Source of the DNA: an uncultured Lachnospiraceae bacterium
GTDB taxonomy: Bacteria > Bacillota > Clostridia > Lachnospirales > Lachnospiraceae
Assembly (NCBI GenBank): GCA_946622195.1
Contig: CAMOPH010000012.1
Span: forward strand, 222-64,221
Direction: 5' to 3'
Length of the DNA: 64,000 nt
Part shown: in pieces, positions 27,953 to 37,331 of the stretch
How positions within the stretch are numbered: the stretch's first letter is position 1
Layout: every line of letters begins with the position of its first letter
Position numbers and translations under genes: made by a program
Notes under the pieces: model-generated
Databases searched by the model: none
The model's input: the letters and a program-made list of their open reading frames with translations, nothing else
Told to the model about the DNA's origin: nothing

Positions 27953-28948
27953 TTAACCTTTTACGCCACCGATTGTAAGACCGGTTACAAAATATCTCTG
28001 TAAGAAAGGGTAGATACAGATGATAGGTACCATGGTAACAACAGTAGCTGCGGATCTTACGCTGACAGGTGTTACCTGCTTGGATGTTGTTGTCGTGTTA
28101 TTACCGTTTGCACTTCCGCTCTGCTGCATAACCGAATTGAGCAATTTCATCAATTCGTACTGCAATGTTGTATATTCGGATTTCATACGGTTGTAGAGCA
28201 TTGCATCGAACCATGAGTTCCACTGCCATACTGCTACGAACAACGCGATGGTTGCATAAACGGGTTTACAAAGCGGAGATATAATTTTGATGAAAATCGT
28301 GATATATCCCGCACCGTCCAGCTGTGCGGATTCTTCCAGTTCGTCCGGAAGATCTTCCATGTAGGTTCTTAAAACCATTACGTTGAATGCACTGACCATA
28401 CCGGGAATAATGTATACCCAGAATGTACCGGTAAGTCCCAAGTACTTAAAGAGTAACATAACAGGAATCATACCGCCATTAACATACATTGTGATTACCC
28501 AGAAAAGTGAAAGAGAAGATCTGAAAAGGAATCTCTTTCGGCTTATGATAAATGCAAGCAATGCGTTTGCAACAAGGGATGTTAATGTTCCGAGAAGTGT
28601 TCTTAAAACAGTAATCTTCGCACCTACAAGGAATCCCTGAATCTTTAATACCTTTGAATAGCTCTCAAGTGAGAATTTTCTGGGTAAAAGATAGATACCG
28701 CCTCTTACCGCATCAAGACCGTCGTTAAACGAATATGCTACGGTATTCAAAACGGGATAAAGTGTTATCAATGTAAATAAAACAAGGAATATCGTATTGC
28801 AAATTACGAATGCCCAGCCCCAGCCATCCATTCTCTTGGTATGCTTGTGAGCCATCTTTTTTAATGCTTTGATTTCTTCCGCACTCAGTTCTTTTCCGCC
28901 ATGAGAGTCGCCATAGTTGAGAGCGAATTCGTCTTTTTTTACTTTCAT
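27953..28948 (-). CDS. carbohydrate ABC transporter permease
   Basis: EAA loop ELEESAQLDGAG, WNSWF, YPFLQRYFVTG..IGGVKG. Confidence 0.93.
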   Translation of the reverse strand: MKVKKDEFALNYGDSHGGKELSAEEIKALKKMAHKHTKRMDGWGWAFVICNTIFLVLFTLITLYPVLNTVAYSFNDGLDAVRGGIYLLPRKFSLESYSKVLKIQGFLVGAKITVLRTLLGTLTSLVANALLAFIISRKRFLFRSSLSLFWVITMYVNGGMIPVMLLFKYLGLTGTFWVYIIPGMVSAFNVMVLRTYMEDLPDELEESAQLDGAGYITIFIKIISPLCKPVYATIALFVAVWQWNSWFDAMLYNRMKSEYTTLQYELMKLLNSVMQQSGSANGNNTTTTSKQVTPVSVRSAATVVTMVPIICIYPFLQRYFVTGLTIGGVKG

Positions 28949-28963
28949 CTTCTTCTCTCCCTC

Positions 28964-30124
28964 CTAGAACAAACTTTCCTGACCTAATTTTTTAACTATG
29001 GTATTTGCAACCACAATCAAAATGATAGCAACAACACTCTTGAAAATACCTGCTGCGGTACCGAGTGAGTAGTCGGTCTGACCAACACCCCAGTTAAGAA
29101 CGTAGATATCGATGGTCTGTGATACGTCCTGTACAAGACCGTTACCGAGTAAGTACTGTACTTCGAAACCTGCATTAAGAAGGTTACCGATATTCATTAC
29201 GAGAAGGATAACGATTGTGGGAGCAATACTGGGAAGAGTGATGTATCTGATCTTAGCCCATCTGCCTGCACCGTCGATTTCAGCTGCTTCATAAAGTGAA
29301 GGATCGATAGCTGTAATGGCTGCAAGATAGATAATTGCGTTCCAACCGGTCTCTTTCCATACATTCGAGAAGGCAACTATCGGCCAGAACCACAGCGGGT
29401 GGGCGAAGAAGTTGTAGCTGTCGTCTACGATATGGAAGAATCTCAATACATCATTAACGATACCTGTGCTTGAAAGTGAATCGTGAATGATACCACAAAC
29501 GATAATCCATGAAAGGAAGTGAGGTAAGTACGAAATTGTCTGTACCAATCTCTTTCCGAATTTATTCTTTACTTCGTTAAGCAAGATGGCGAATACAATT
29601 GCCATAATAAATGTTGTAACAAGGTTAAGAGCACCCATACCGATTGTGTTACGGATTGTTCTTACGAATACAACATTGTTAATCCATGTCTTAAATGCGC
29701 TGAAAACATTTCCTGATGTTTCAAGTGCATACTCAAATGTGTCAAATTCAAACATAAATTTGAATTTGTCGAAACCAACAAACTTCGAATGAAGTAAACC
29801 TGTTTTAATCTTATAGTTCTGGAATGCCATAATCCATCCGCCGAGAGGAAGATAGTAGAATAACAATCCATATAATACAAATATTAAACCGATGATGAGG
29901 AGAACCGACTGTCTCTTTAACTCACCTTTTGATATTCTCTTCTTAGATAATTTCTTTATCTGCTCGTCATCGAGCGTTGATTTGTGTTCATATGCTTCTC
30001 TAGCATAGTTTTCAACTTCATATGCTTCAGCGGCAACTTCTCCCGCCGCTTCAGTTACTTCGGCCTGGGAAAAATTATCTGTCTCCGCTGCTCCGGAGTT
30101 GACATTCTGATCCTCGTATGCCAT
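28964..30124 (-). CDS. carbohydrate ABC transporter permease (LplB-like)
   Basis: QTISYLPHFLSW, WKETGW, LYEAAEIDGAGR; start moved to ATG 30124 after AGGGAGG. Confidence 0.92.
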   Translation of the reverse strand: MAYEDQNVNSGAAETDNFSQAEVTEAAGEVAAEAYEVENYAREAYEHKSTLDDEQIKKLSKKRISKGELKRQSVLLIIGLIFVLYGLLFYYLPLGGWIMAFQNYKIKTGLLHSKFVGFDKFKFMFEFDTFEYALETSGNVFSAFKTWINNVVFVRTIRNTIGMGALNLVTTFIMAIVFAILLNEVKNKFGKRLVQTISYLPHFLSWIIVCGIIHDSLSSTGIVNDVLRFFHIVDDSYNFFAHPLWFWPIVAFSNVWKETGWNAIIYLAAITAIDPSLYEAAEIDGAGRWAKIRYITLPSIAPTIVILLVMNIGNLLNAGFEVQYLLGNGLVQDVSQTIDIYVLNWGVGQTDYSLGTAAGIFKSVVAIILIVVANTIVKKLGQESLF

Positions 30125-30147
30125 TGTAAGAGCCTCCCTTTCTTTTA

Positions 30148-30186
30148 AAATGGCAACCACAGCTAAAACAACCATGGTTGCCATTT
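30148..30186 (-). other. intercistronic stem-loop between binding protein and permease
   Basis: Perfect 12-bp stem AAATGGCAACCA / TGGTTGCCATTT; position typical of mRNA stabilisers or partial terminators in ABC operons. Confidence 0.6.
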
Positions 30187-30218
30187 CTTAATTTAATTCT
30201 TTTTACAAGATGTTTGCA

Positions 30219-31997
30219 TTACTTGTTAGCTTCATATGCTGCCATACGATCATCAAGAACGCCCTGAGCTTCGTTAAGGAAATCTTCAGGTTTGCAAGCA
30301 TTGTAAGCATCCATGTACTTAGCCCAATCTGATTCGAAATCAGAAGACATAACTACCTTAGGAAGCCATTTGTGCTTTGTCTCGCCCATCTTACCCCAAG
30401 CAACACCACCGGGTGTGTCGTTGTTAAGTTCGTTTGACCAAGACCACATAGGGAACCAAGGATGTGTAGCATTAACATCTTCTTCGACGGAACCGATCAT
30501 GTCGGGATAACCACCTGCATTGTATGCTTTGAAGCAGTTTGCAAGAGGCTCTGAAAGACCTGCGTAGAACTCTGAAGCCTGCTCTGCGGGCTGCATAGCG
30601 TTCTTACCGTCTCTGCTTGTTCCTAACCACTGAGGCATGTATGAGTAGTTACATACGTGAGATGCCTTGTAAGATGTGTCGTTAAGCTGGTCTCTCATTT
30701 CCTGTGTTCTGTAGTATAAGCCGTCTTCATCTACTAAGTAGTCAACGCCTTCAACACCCCAGAAACGAAGATCATGAATATCCTGGTTAAGGATGTCGTT
30801 TAAGAACTGGAATGCTCTGTCAGGATCTTCGCAGCTTGTTGTAACTGCACAACCTGAAGACTGGTTAACTGTATCACCATATGTATGCCATCTCTGCTCT
30901 GTAACGCCATCAGCCATAAGTCCCAAAGGAACATATTCACAACCGAGGTCAGCTAAACCTGATGTAGCGAAGATAGGAGTAACTGTGTAGTTGAAGTCCC
31001 AGTTCTGGTCTACCATACCAAGTACAGCACCTGTAGAAAGCTTTGCAATGTACTCATCGTATGTCTGTGTAGCGAACTCTTTATCAACGATACCCTTGTT
31101 GTATTCTTCGTTAAGCTTCTGGAAGTATACCTTTGAAGTAGGTGTTGTGTTGTAGTCAACGATCTTCATTGTCTTAGGATCAACGATTACAGAACCATCG
31201 TTAGGATAACCATCGAGGAACTGACCGGCGTTCTCAAGACAGAAGTATCTCCAGTCATCACAAAGGATTGTGTAAGGGATAATGTTAATTGTGTTGCCTT
31301 CAGCATCTGTGAAAGACTTGTTCTCAGCATAGTATTTCTCGAGAAGATCAAAGTACTCGTCAAGAGTCTTGATTTCAGGATATCCTGCCCACTCAAGAAC
31401 TCTTACCTGAATCCAGAAAGCTTCGTCGTTATGACCTGTAGCCTTAGACTCACCGTAAGTATTGTTGAATACGTTAGCCCAGTAAATCTTTCCATCGTCC
31501 TGACGGAACATATCCCACTCATAATCTGAGTAGAGTTCCTTGAGGTTAGGATACTTCTCGATATAAGGATCCCAAGCTACGAGTGTATCTGCCTCGTAAA
31601 GTTCCTTCATACCGTCACCACCATCGATGAAATCAGGGAGATCTCCTGAAGCAAGGATAGAACCAACTGCTTCTGAAGCTGTCTGACCTGTAAGCCATGT
31701 CTCTTTAACTCTAACACCGGTCTTCTTTGCGATGATTTCCTGAATGTCGTTTCCGTCATTGATTTCGGAACCGGGCATTGCAGCGAACATTGTCATATCA
31801 ATGATCTCATCATCTGCATATTCGGTAGTAGTAGTTGTAACATCGCCGCCTTCTTCACCGCCGCCGTTGTTGGAAACTTCTCCGCCACCATTGTTTTCGG
31901 GGGGTGTAACAGGTGTAGTACCGTTGTCACAGCCAACCAATGTTGCCGCACTGAGCATACCAGCCATGCCGAGTGCAATGAATTTCTTCATTTTCAT
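30219..31997 (-). CDS. oligosaccharide ABC transporter substrate-binding lipoprotein
   Basis: Lipobox LVGC, G/T-rich linker, IAKKTGV, ASGDLPD, WGVEG; strongly biased codon usage; upstream of two permeases. Confidence 0.9.
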   Translation of the reverse strand: MKMKKFIALGMAGMLSAATLVGCDNGTTPVTPPENNGGGEVSNNGGGEEGGDVTTTTTEYADDEIIDMTMFAAMPGSEINDGNDIQEIIAKKTGVRVKETWLTGQTASEAVGSILASGDLPDFIDGGDGMKELYEADTLVAWDPYIEKYPNLKELYSDYEWDMFRQDDGKIYWANVFNNTYGESKATGHNDEAFWIQVRVLEWAGYPEIKTLDEYFDLLEKYYAENKSFTDAEGNTINIIPYTILCDDWRYFCLENAGQFLDGYPNDGSVIVDPKTMKIVDYNTTPTSKVYFQKLNEEYNKGIVDKEFATQTYDEYIAKLSTGAVLGMVDQNWDFNYTVTPIFATSGLADLGCEYVPLGLMADGVTEQRWHTYGDTVNQSSGCAVTTSCEDPDRAFQFLNDILNQDIHDLRFWGVEGVDYLVDEDGLYYRTQEMRDQLNDTSYKASHVCNYSYMPQWLGTSRDGKNAMQPAEQASEFYAGLSEPLANCFKAYNAGGYPDMIGSVEEDVNATHPWFPMWSWSNELNNDTPGGVAWGKMGETKHKWLPKVVMSSDFESDWAKYMDAYNACKPEDFLNEAQGVLDDRMAAYEANK

Positions 31998-32074
31998 TTT
32001 TTTACCTCCTATAAAACTATACCGTCAATACGGCTAATCGTACTTCCAATTATACTTTTGATATTTTTTTTGTT

Positions 32075-32143
32075 AACCCTATAAAATTCTAAAAAAAACC
32101 CTATAAAATATAGTTCGCTTTTTACGACCGTATTTTATAGGGT
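32075..32143. promoter_or_regulatory. triple repeat upstream of the binding protein, probable activator sites
   Basis: AACCCTATAAAAT at 32075-32087 and 32097-32109 (22-bp period); inverted ACCCTATAAAAT at 32132-32143. Confidence 0.65.
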
Positions 32144-32168
32144 ATTTTGTCCTTTTTTCTTAATTTTA

Positions 32169-33266
32169 TTAAGATTTTACTCCTGCGGGGCAGTCCGTGT
32201 TCTCCCTGTTTTCAAAGCCTTTTATGTACTTCCAGTCAAGAGGAGTGCCGGGTGTCAGATCGCAGAGAGCCGTCTTTCCTAGGATTTCTTCGTAATATTT
32301 TGTATGAAGTCCGTAACCGGGACGAACGGATTTTATATTCCTGTCGCTGAACACCTCTCCCGCCTTTATGTCGGCTGATACGAAAAGGCTTCGCGTGTGT
32401 TCTCTTTCCTTAATCTGCTTTTCGGATAAATCGAATCCGACTTTTCCGAGAGCTTTTTCCACCTGACGAACGCCTGTGCACATCTGACGGAATTCTTCGG
32501 GTTCCATCGAAAATGCCGAATCCGCTCCGCCGTCCGCTCTCGAAAGCGTGAAATGCTTCTCTATAAGCTTTGCTCCCTTGGCAACCGAAGCGATTGCCAC
32601 AGAATATCCCATCGTATGGTCCGACAAACCGCTTATGCAGTCGAATTCGCCGGCCAGATACGGAATCATCTCAAGATTGACGGCTTCAAAGGGCGCGGGG
32701 TATGCGGAAGTACACTTAAGTAAAATGATTTGATCGTTTCCTTCCGCCCTGCAGGTATCAAGCGCAAGCTTGATATCGTCTTTATATGCAATTCCCGTGG
32801 CAAAAATCACGGGTTTTTGTAATTTGGCAATCTTCTTTATTAAAGGAATGTCCGTTATTTCAAATGAAGCTATCTTATAGCAGGGAACATCCAGTTCCTC
32901 AAGAAAATCAACTGCCGTAAAATCAAAAGGCGACGAGAAAAACGTAAGTCCGATTTTCTTTGCTTCTTTTGCAAGATCCGCCTGCCACTCCCAGGGCGTA
33001 TACGCTTCTTTATAAAGATCGTAAAGCGTCCTTCCGTCCCAAAGCGTACCCTGCGTTATCTTAAAATACGGTTTGTCGGAATCAAGCGTAATCGTATCCG
33101 CCGTATATGTCTGGATTTTTATCGCATCGGCTCCCGCTTCTTTGGCCGCATGCATGATTTCCACTGCACGGTTGTAATCTCCGTTATGATTGGCAGACAT
33201 CTCCGCCACGATAAATACGGGATTGTCTCCGCCTATTTTCTTGCCGTCAATTACTATTTCTTTCAT
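32169..33266 (-). CDS. pseI: pseudaminic acid synthase
   Basis: AEMSANHNG, KIQTYTADTIT, AYTPWEW, KIASFE, KCTSAYP, GLSDH, IEKH, SAF domain RPGYG. Confidence 0.88.
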   Translation of the reverse strand: MKEIVIDGKKIGGDNPVFIVAEMSANHNGDYNRAVEIMHAAKEAGADAIKIQTYTADTITLDSDKPYFKITQGTLWDGRTLYDLYKEAYTPWEWQADLAKEAKKIGLTFFSSPFDFTAVDFLEELDVPCYKIASFEITDIPLIKKIAKLQKPVIFATGIAYKDDIKLALDTCRAEGNDQIILLKCTSAYPAPFEAVNLEMIPYLAGEFDCISGLSDHTMGYSVAIASVAKGAKLIEKHFTLSRADGGADSAFSMEPEEFRQMCTGVRQVEKALGKVGFDLSEKQIKEREHTRSLFVSADIKAGEVFSDRNIKSVRPGYGLHTKYYEEILGKTALCDLTPGTPLDWKYIKGFENRENTDCPAGVKS

Positions 33267-33319
33267 ATTCTTTCTTTCCCGATATGCCTTTTTTGCATAT
33301 CGATATTGATTCGGTTTGT

Positions 33320-34003
33320 TTATAAAAGTTCGATAAGCGATTCTGTCACAAAGTCCGCTTCGTAGCCTTCTTTGACTTCACAGTTTTCAAACATGCCGTT
33401 CTTCCTTTGAATCTGTACGGTTTTCATGCCAAGACTTCTTGCACCGACAAAGTCCTTTAAGGGATTATCTCCTATATATACCGCTTCTTCGGGTTTTACC
33501 CCGAGTTTCTCAAGACATGCTTCATATACAACCGGATTCGGTTTGGTAAAATGTGTTTCCCCGTTGATAACCAGAGCATCCGGCAGGATAAGTGCATCAA
33601 TTATGTCAAAAAGCCCGAGAAGCCTGACCTTCGCTTCCTGTACCGCGGCATTTCCGTCCGTTATTATTCCGATGAGCTTTCCTTCTTTTTTTATAGCATC
33701 CATAACTTCTTTTGCATCATCGTAAAGTTCAAGCGAGGGACGTGTGTTTCTGTAAATTTCCACCAGTTTTTTTACATCTTCGTCAAGCGAATATCTCTCG
33801 ATAAGATGATTGAAAGTCTTTCCTCTTCCTTCTTTTTTGACGGAATCCACGCAAAACTCATACACATCTTTTGCGGGAATATTATATTTTTTGAACACGT
33901 ATTCGCCGACATCTCTCATTCCGGCTTTAAAAAACTGCATTTCGTCAAAAAGAGTATAGTCGAGATCAAATATGTATGCTTTTATTTCGTCCGATAATTT
34001 CAT
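33320..34003 (-). CDS. HAD family hydrolase
   Basis: FDLDYTL, ITDG, KP, YIGDNPLKDF. Confidence 0.88.
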   Translation of the reverse strand: MKLSDEIKAYIFDLDYTLFDEMQFFKAGMRDVGEYVFKKYNIPAKDVYEFCVDSVKKEGRGKTFNHLIERYSLDEDVKKLVEIYRNTRPSLELYDDAKEVMDAIKKEGKLIGIITDGNAAVQEAKVRLLGLFDIIDALILPDALVINGETHFTKPNPVVYEACLEKLGVKPEEAVYIGDNPLKDFVGARSLGMKTVQIQRKNGMFENCEVKEGYEADFVTESLIELL

Positions 34004-34011
34004 CAGGGCCT

Positions 34012-35682
34012 TTACTCTCCTTTTTCAAAATCAGCCTGGTTCCCAAACATGCTTGCCAGAGTAAGCGGGAACAGATAAAACATCAAAAGATGGTATCTTA
34101 CCAAAACAAGCGGTGCAAAAAGCATCATCGCAAAATAAGCAAGATTTGCAGCATTTATGAATCGAAGTTCCTTCCTCTTTGAACGGAAGAGATATCCCAG
34201 TGTAAACAGCAGGAAAAGATACTGCCATCCGATTGTACAAATCTGCCCTATAACTGGAATCTTATAAATCCTTGTTTCCGTTGAAAATCTTCTTATCGCC
34301 TCGTAAAGAGCGGGGATTTTGCTGTCAAGTTCAGCCGGAGATTCCAAATTCACCTTAAAATAATCGCTCGTATAATCCGATTCTATGTAATTGCGCCTGG
34401 TATATCCGTCCGGAACACAAAACGGATACCATGCCTCATACGTCAGATAATTCCATGCTTCGAGATATTCAAACGGATATCTGACGCCTTTTTTTATCCA
34501 GAGTTTCCAGAAATCTCCCGGTCTTTTTTCAAACTCTTCATCATTTAATCCGAGTTTAATCGCATCGGCACACCAGGGGCAGTAAAAATCAAAATGCCCT
34601 TTTGCGAAATACTTAAAAAGAACTTCGCTTTCGTCTTCGCTAAAAGCCGCTTCTCCGTTTTTTACATATACGTTTGCCAGCTGCTGCACGGGAATGCTGA
34701 AAAGTTCGGAATCCGGAGGATTCTCTGCGTTGACGAGTCTGACAATTCCCTTGTTAAAGGCAAAAATCATTATAAACACTGCAGCCATGTATATGATTTT
34801 CTGCGGTTTTTTTATTTTTTTGACGAGTACATTAACCGTCATTAACGAAAACAAAAAAGAAAAAGACGATCTTATATGACATGTAAGTATAGCAAGAATC
34901 GCAAACCCCGCATAACCTGCAATCTTTCGTGCAATGCTTTTTTCTTTAAGCGAATCCAGGCAGAAAATTTCGTAAAAGCGAAGCATCAAAATAGTCGCCA
35001 GAAGGCTTCCGAAAATCGTGGAGTTTGAACATCCCGAAAAAAGGGCAATCACGGGTGCGAACATAAAGTAGCATACGGAAACGAAATAAATATACTTCTT
35101 TCTTTTAAGCGCATATAAAAATACCGTTTCATATGCCAGAACAAATGCCCCGAGGAGCATGTGGATTATCGAAAAGAGGGCTATCCCCGAATTGAAATCT
35201 CCGAATAATTTATTGCCTGTTTTGCAGCAAAGCAATAAAAGCGCGGAATGAATGATTGATATTCTTCCCCAAATCGGGACTTCGGGATACCAGATCTGAA
35301 CAAATTCCTTGGAGGCATCGTACGAAAAGAATCCGGGCCACGAAGCAAGGAGGCATGGTACCCATGCGGCAAAAATAAGTACTGCCGACACAAAGAAAAG
35401 CGTAATTTTCTTTTTTGCCCCGATTTCTTCCTCTGCCTTTTCGTCTTTCTTTGATACTTTAAGATTTATCCTGTCGATTAAAGCCCACAAGAGAACACAA
35501 AGCAGGAAAGCCGCTGCCCACACAAGTATAAATACAAAGGGGTAATATGCCTTAAACCCTGTAATTTGTCTGTCGCATAAGAATCCGAAAAACAGGGAAT
35601 ATGAAATCAGAAAAGAAACAATTGCGCCGACGGCAATTGTCTTTCCTTTGAGTAATTTTTTAAATAAGTCCCCTGTAACCAT
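34012..35682 (-). CDS. polytopic membrane protein, DUF6020-like
   Basis: Many TM helices; WPGFFSYD, SIPVQQLA, RY near the C terminus. Confidence 0.65.
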   Translation of the reverse strand: MVTGDLFKKLLKGKTIAVGAIVSFLISYSLFFGFLCDRQITGFKAYYPFVFILVWAAAFLLCVLLWALIDRINLKVSKKDEKAEEEIGAKKKITLFFVSAVLIFAAWVPCLLASWPGFFSYDASKEFVQIWYPEVPIWGRISIIHSALLLLCCKTGNKLFGDFNSGIALFSIIHMLLGAFVLAYETVFLYALKRKKYIYFVSVCYFMFAPVIALFSGCSNSTIFGSLLATILMLRFYEIFCLDSLKEKSIARKIAGYAGFAILAILTCHIRSSFSFLFSLMTVNVLVKKIKKPQKIIYMAAVFIMIFAFNKGIVRLVNAENPPDSELFSIPVQQLANVYVKNGEAAFSEDESEVLFKYFAKGHFDFYCPWCADAIKLGLNDEEFEKRPGDFWKLWIKKGVRYPFEYLEAWNYLTYEAWYPFCVPDGYTRRNYIESDYTSDYFKVNLESPAELDSKIPALYEAIRRFSTETRIYKIPVIGQICTIGWQYLFLLFTLGYLFRSKRKELRFINAANLAYFAMMLFAPLVLVRYHLLMFYLFPLTLASMFGNQADFEKGE

Positions 35683-35687
35683 ATCTT

Positions 35688-36623
35688 TTATACAAAAACG
35701 GATTCCGTGTATCTAAGCATCGTAATCTCTTTTATTTCATTAACTTCCGGTTTCCTTCCTTCAAGAATATCAGAAAGCGCACCGGCATAATCCGCACCGG
35801 CAGCAAACGAAAGCGGAACTCCTCCGCCGAATCTCGGATTTATCTCAAGCATGCAAAGCAAACCGTCTTCTTTTTTGAAGCATTGAAGCGTGAACGGACC
35901 TACAGCGCTTCCCTCTTTGTTTAACGCTTCCATTACATCCTTTGAAAGCTTGATTATACCGTCGTCCAAAACCACTCTGCTTTTGTTTACTTCACCGTTT
36001 ATAACTTCAATTCTTTCTCTTGCAACCGCATATATAACATTTCCCGACATATCGGAAAGGACATCCATGGTATATTCGGTTCCGTCAATCTTTTCCTGAA
36101 CAATCGGATTCGAAACTTTTTTCAAAGCATGTTTTAAATCTTCGGAATCGTTGCAGCAAAATACATTTGCGCTTCCCATGCCGTCTGCAGGTTTTACGAT
36201 GACGGGGAATTTGAGTGCACTTTGATTTGCATATTCTTCCTCTTTGTATGAAATGGGTGAGGGAATTGAATATTTTTCAAAGAATTCGGATGTTTTCTTT
36301 TTATCCTTGCAGATATCGAGAATTGCGCCGTCGGATAAAATCAGTGTGGTCCCGTTTCTTTTAAATTCATCTCTTGCCGAATCCAGAATCGGAAATTCGT
36401 TTTCAAGAAGCGGAATCAGACAGTCAATCTTCTCTTCTTTGCATATTCTCAAGAGCGAGGGGATATAATCATCCTCATTGACTCTCGGAATAAGACAGAA
36501 TTTGTCGACAAAATACCTTGCGGGATTTAGTTCGCTGCAATCTGCACCGACTACCGTAAATTTGGTCTTTAAATGTTTGATTAATTCCACTCTTTTTCCG
36601 ATGGCTGTAAGAAGTATTTTCAT
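35688..36623 (-). CDS. ATP-grasp domain protein (carbamoyl-phosphate-synthase-like)
   Basis: ILLTAIGKRVEL, CKDK, IVKPADGMGS, QEKIDGTEYTMD, EINPRFGGG. Confidence 0.88.
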   Translation of the reverse strand: MKILLTAIGKRVELIKHLKTKFTVVGADCSELNPARYFVDKFCLIPRVNEDDYIPSLLRICKEEKIDCLIPLLENEFPILDSARDEFKRNGTTLILSDGAILDICKDKKKTSEFFEKYSIPSPISYKEEEYANQSALKFPVIVKPADGMGSANVFCCNDSEDLKHALKKVSNPIVQEKIDGTEYTMDVLSDMSGNVIYAVARERIEVINGEVNKSRVVLDDGIIKLSKDVMEALNKEGSAVGPFTLQCFKKEDGLLCMLEINPRFGGGVPLSFAAGADYAGALSDILEGRKPEVNEIKEITMLRYTESVFV

Positions 36624-36635
36624 CTTTTTTCCTTT

Positions 36636-37322
36636 TTACAAATGAAGCTGCCGGTACTTAATCTCGGCGATTTTCCAGTCAGACTCGGTATCGATGTCCT
36701 GAACTTCCATCTCGTCGATTACATAGGGAAGTATGTTTCCGAGCATGAGTTTTTTGTTCTTTTTGTATGCTTCTGTTTTAAAACAGTAAAACTGTCCGAC
36801 GTCGTGATATTCTTTTTCAAGATCCTGCGATCTTGAATCCATGAATTCGGGATATTCGAATACAAGTCTCTCATCCCTTATAACCATGGCCCTCTTCGGA
36901 GGGTATGAAAACTGAACCACGGGGATTAACGAATCGGCACCGCTTTCGATGAATTTTTCCAATGCATCCTTTACTCTCTCTCCTGTCACAAAAGGTGCGG
37001 TCGGGTAGATGCATACGCCGTAATCGAATTTCTCGCCTCTTTTTTCATATTCATCTATGACTTCGAGAAGCACGTCATTGGTCGTTGCAAAATCATTGCT
37101 CGTTTTTTCACTCCTGAAAAAAGGAACTTTTGCTCCGTATTTTCTTGCAATTTCGGCGATTTCCTCATCGTCTGTCGAGACCATGACTTCATCAAACATT
37201 CCGCATTTGATTGCAGCTTCTATCGAATATGCAAGGATGGGTTTTCCGAGGAAATCCTTGATGTTTTTTCTCGGTATTCTTTTGCTTCCGCCCCTGGCGG
37301 TGATTATGGCTATGTTTTTCAT
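36636..37322 (-). CDS. pseF: pseudaminic acid cytidylyltransferase
   Basis: ITARGGSKRIPRKN, VSTDD, CIYPTAPF, RSQDL, HDVGQFY, DID. Confidence 0.88.
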   Translation of the reverse strand: MKNIAIITARGGSKRIPRKNIKDFLGKPILAYSIEAAIKCGMFDEVMVSTDDEEIAEIARKYGAKVPFFRSEKTSNDFATTNDVLLEVIDEYEKRGEKFDYGVCIYPTAPFVTGERVKDALEKFIESGADSLIPVVQFSYPPKRAMVIRDERLVFEYPEFMDSRSQDLEKEYHDVGQFYCFKTEAYKKNKKLMLGNILPYVIDEMEVQDIDTESDWKIAEIKYRQLHL

Positions 37323-37331
37323 ATCTTTTCC

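Noticed and set aside
27953-31997. ABC transporter lacking an ATPase gene
   Set aside because: Ordinary: Firmicute carbohydrate ABC systems commonly share an MsmK/MsmX-type ATPase encoded elsewhere.
33296-33322. Possible sigma-28 promoter for pseI (TAAA-N14-ATCGATAT on minus strand)
   Set aside because: Spacing is one base short and the -10 element is imperfect; not supportable.
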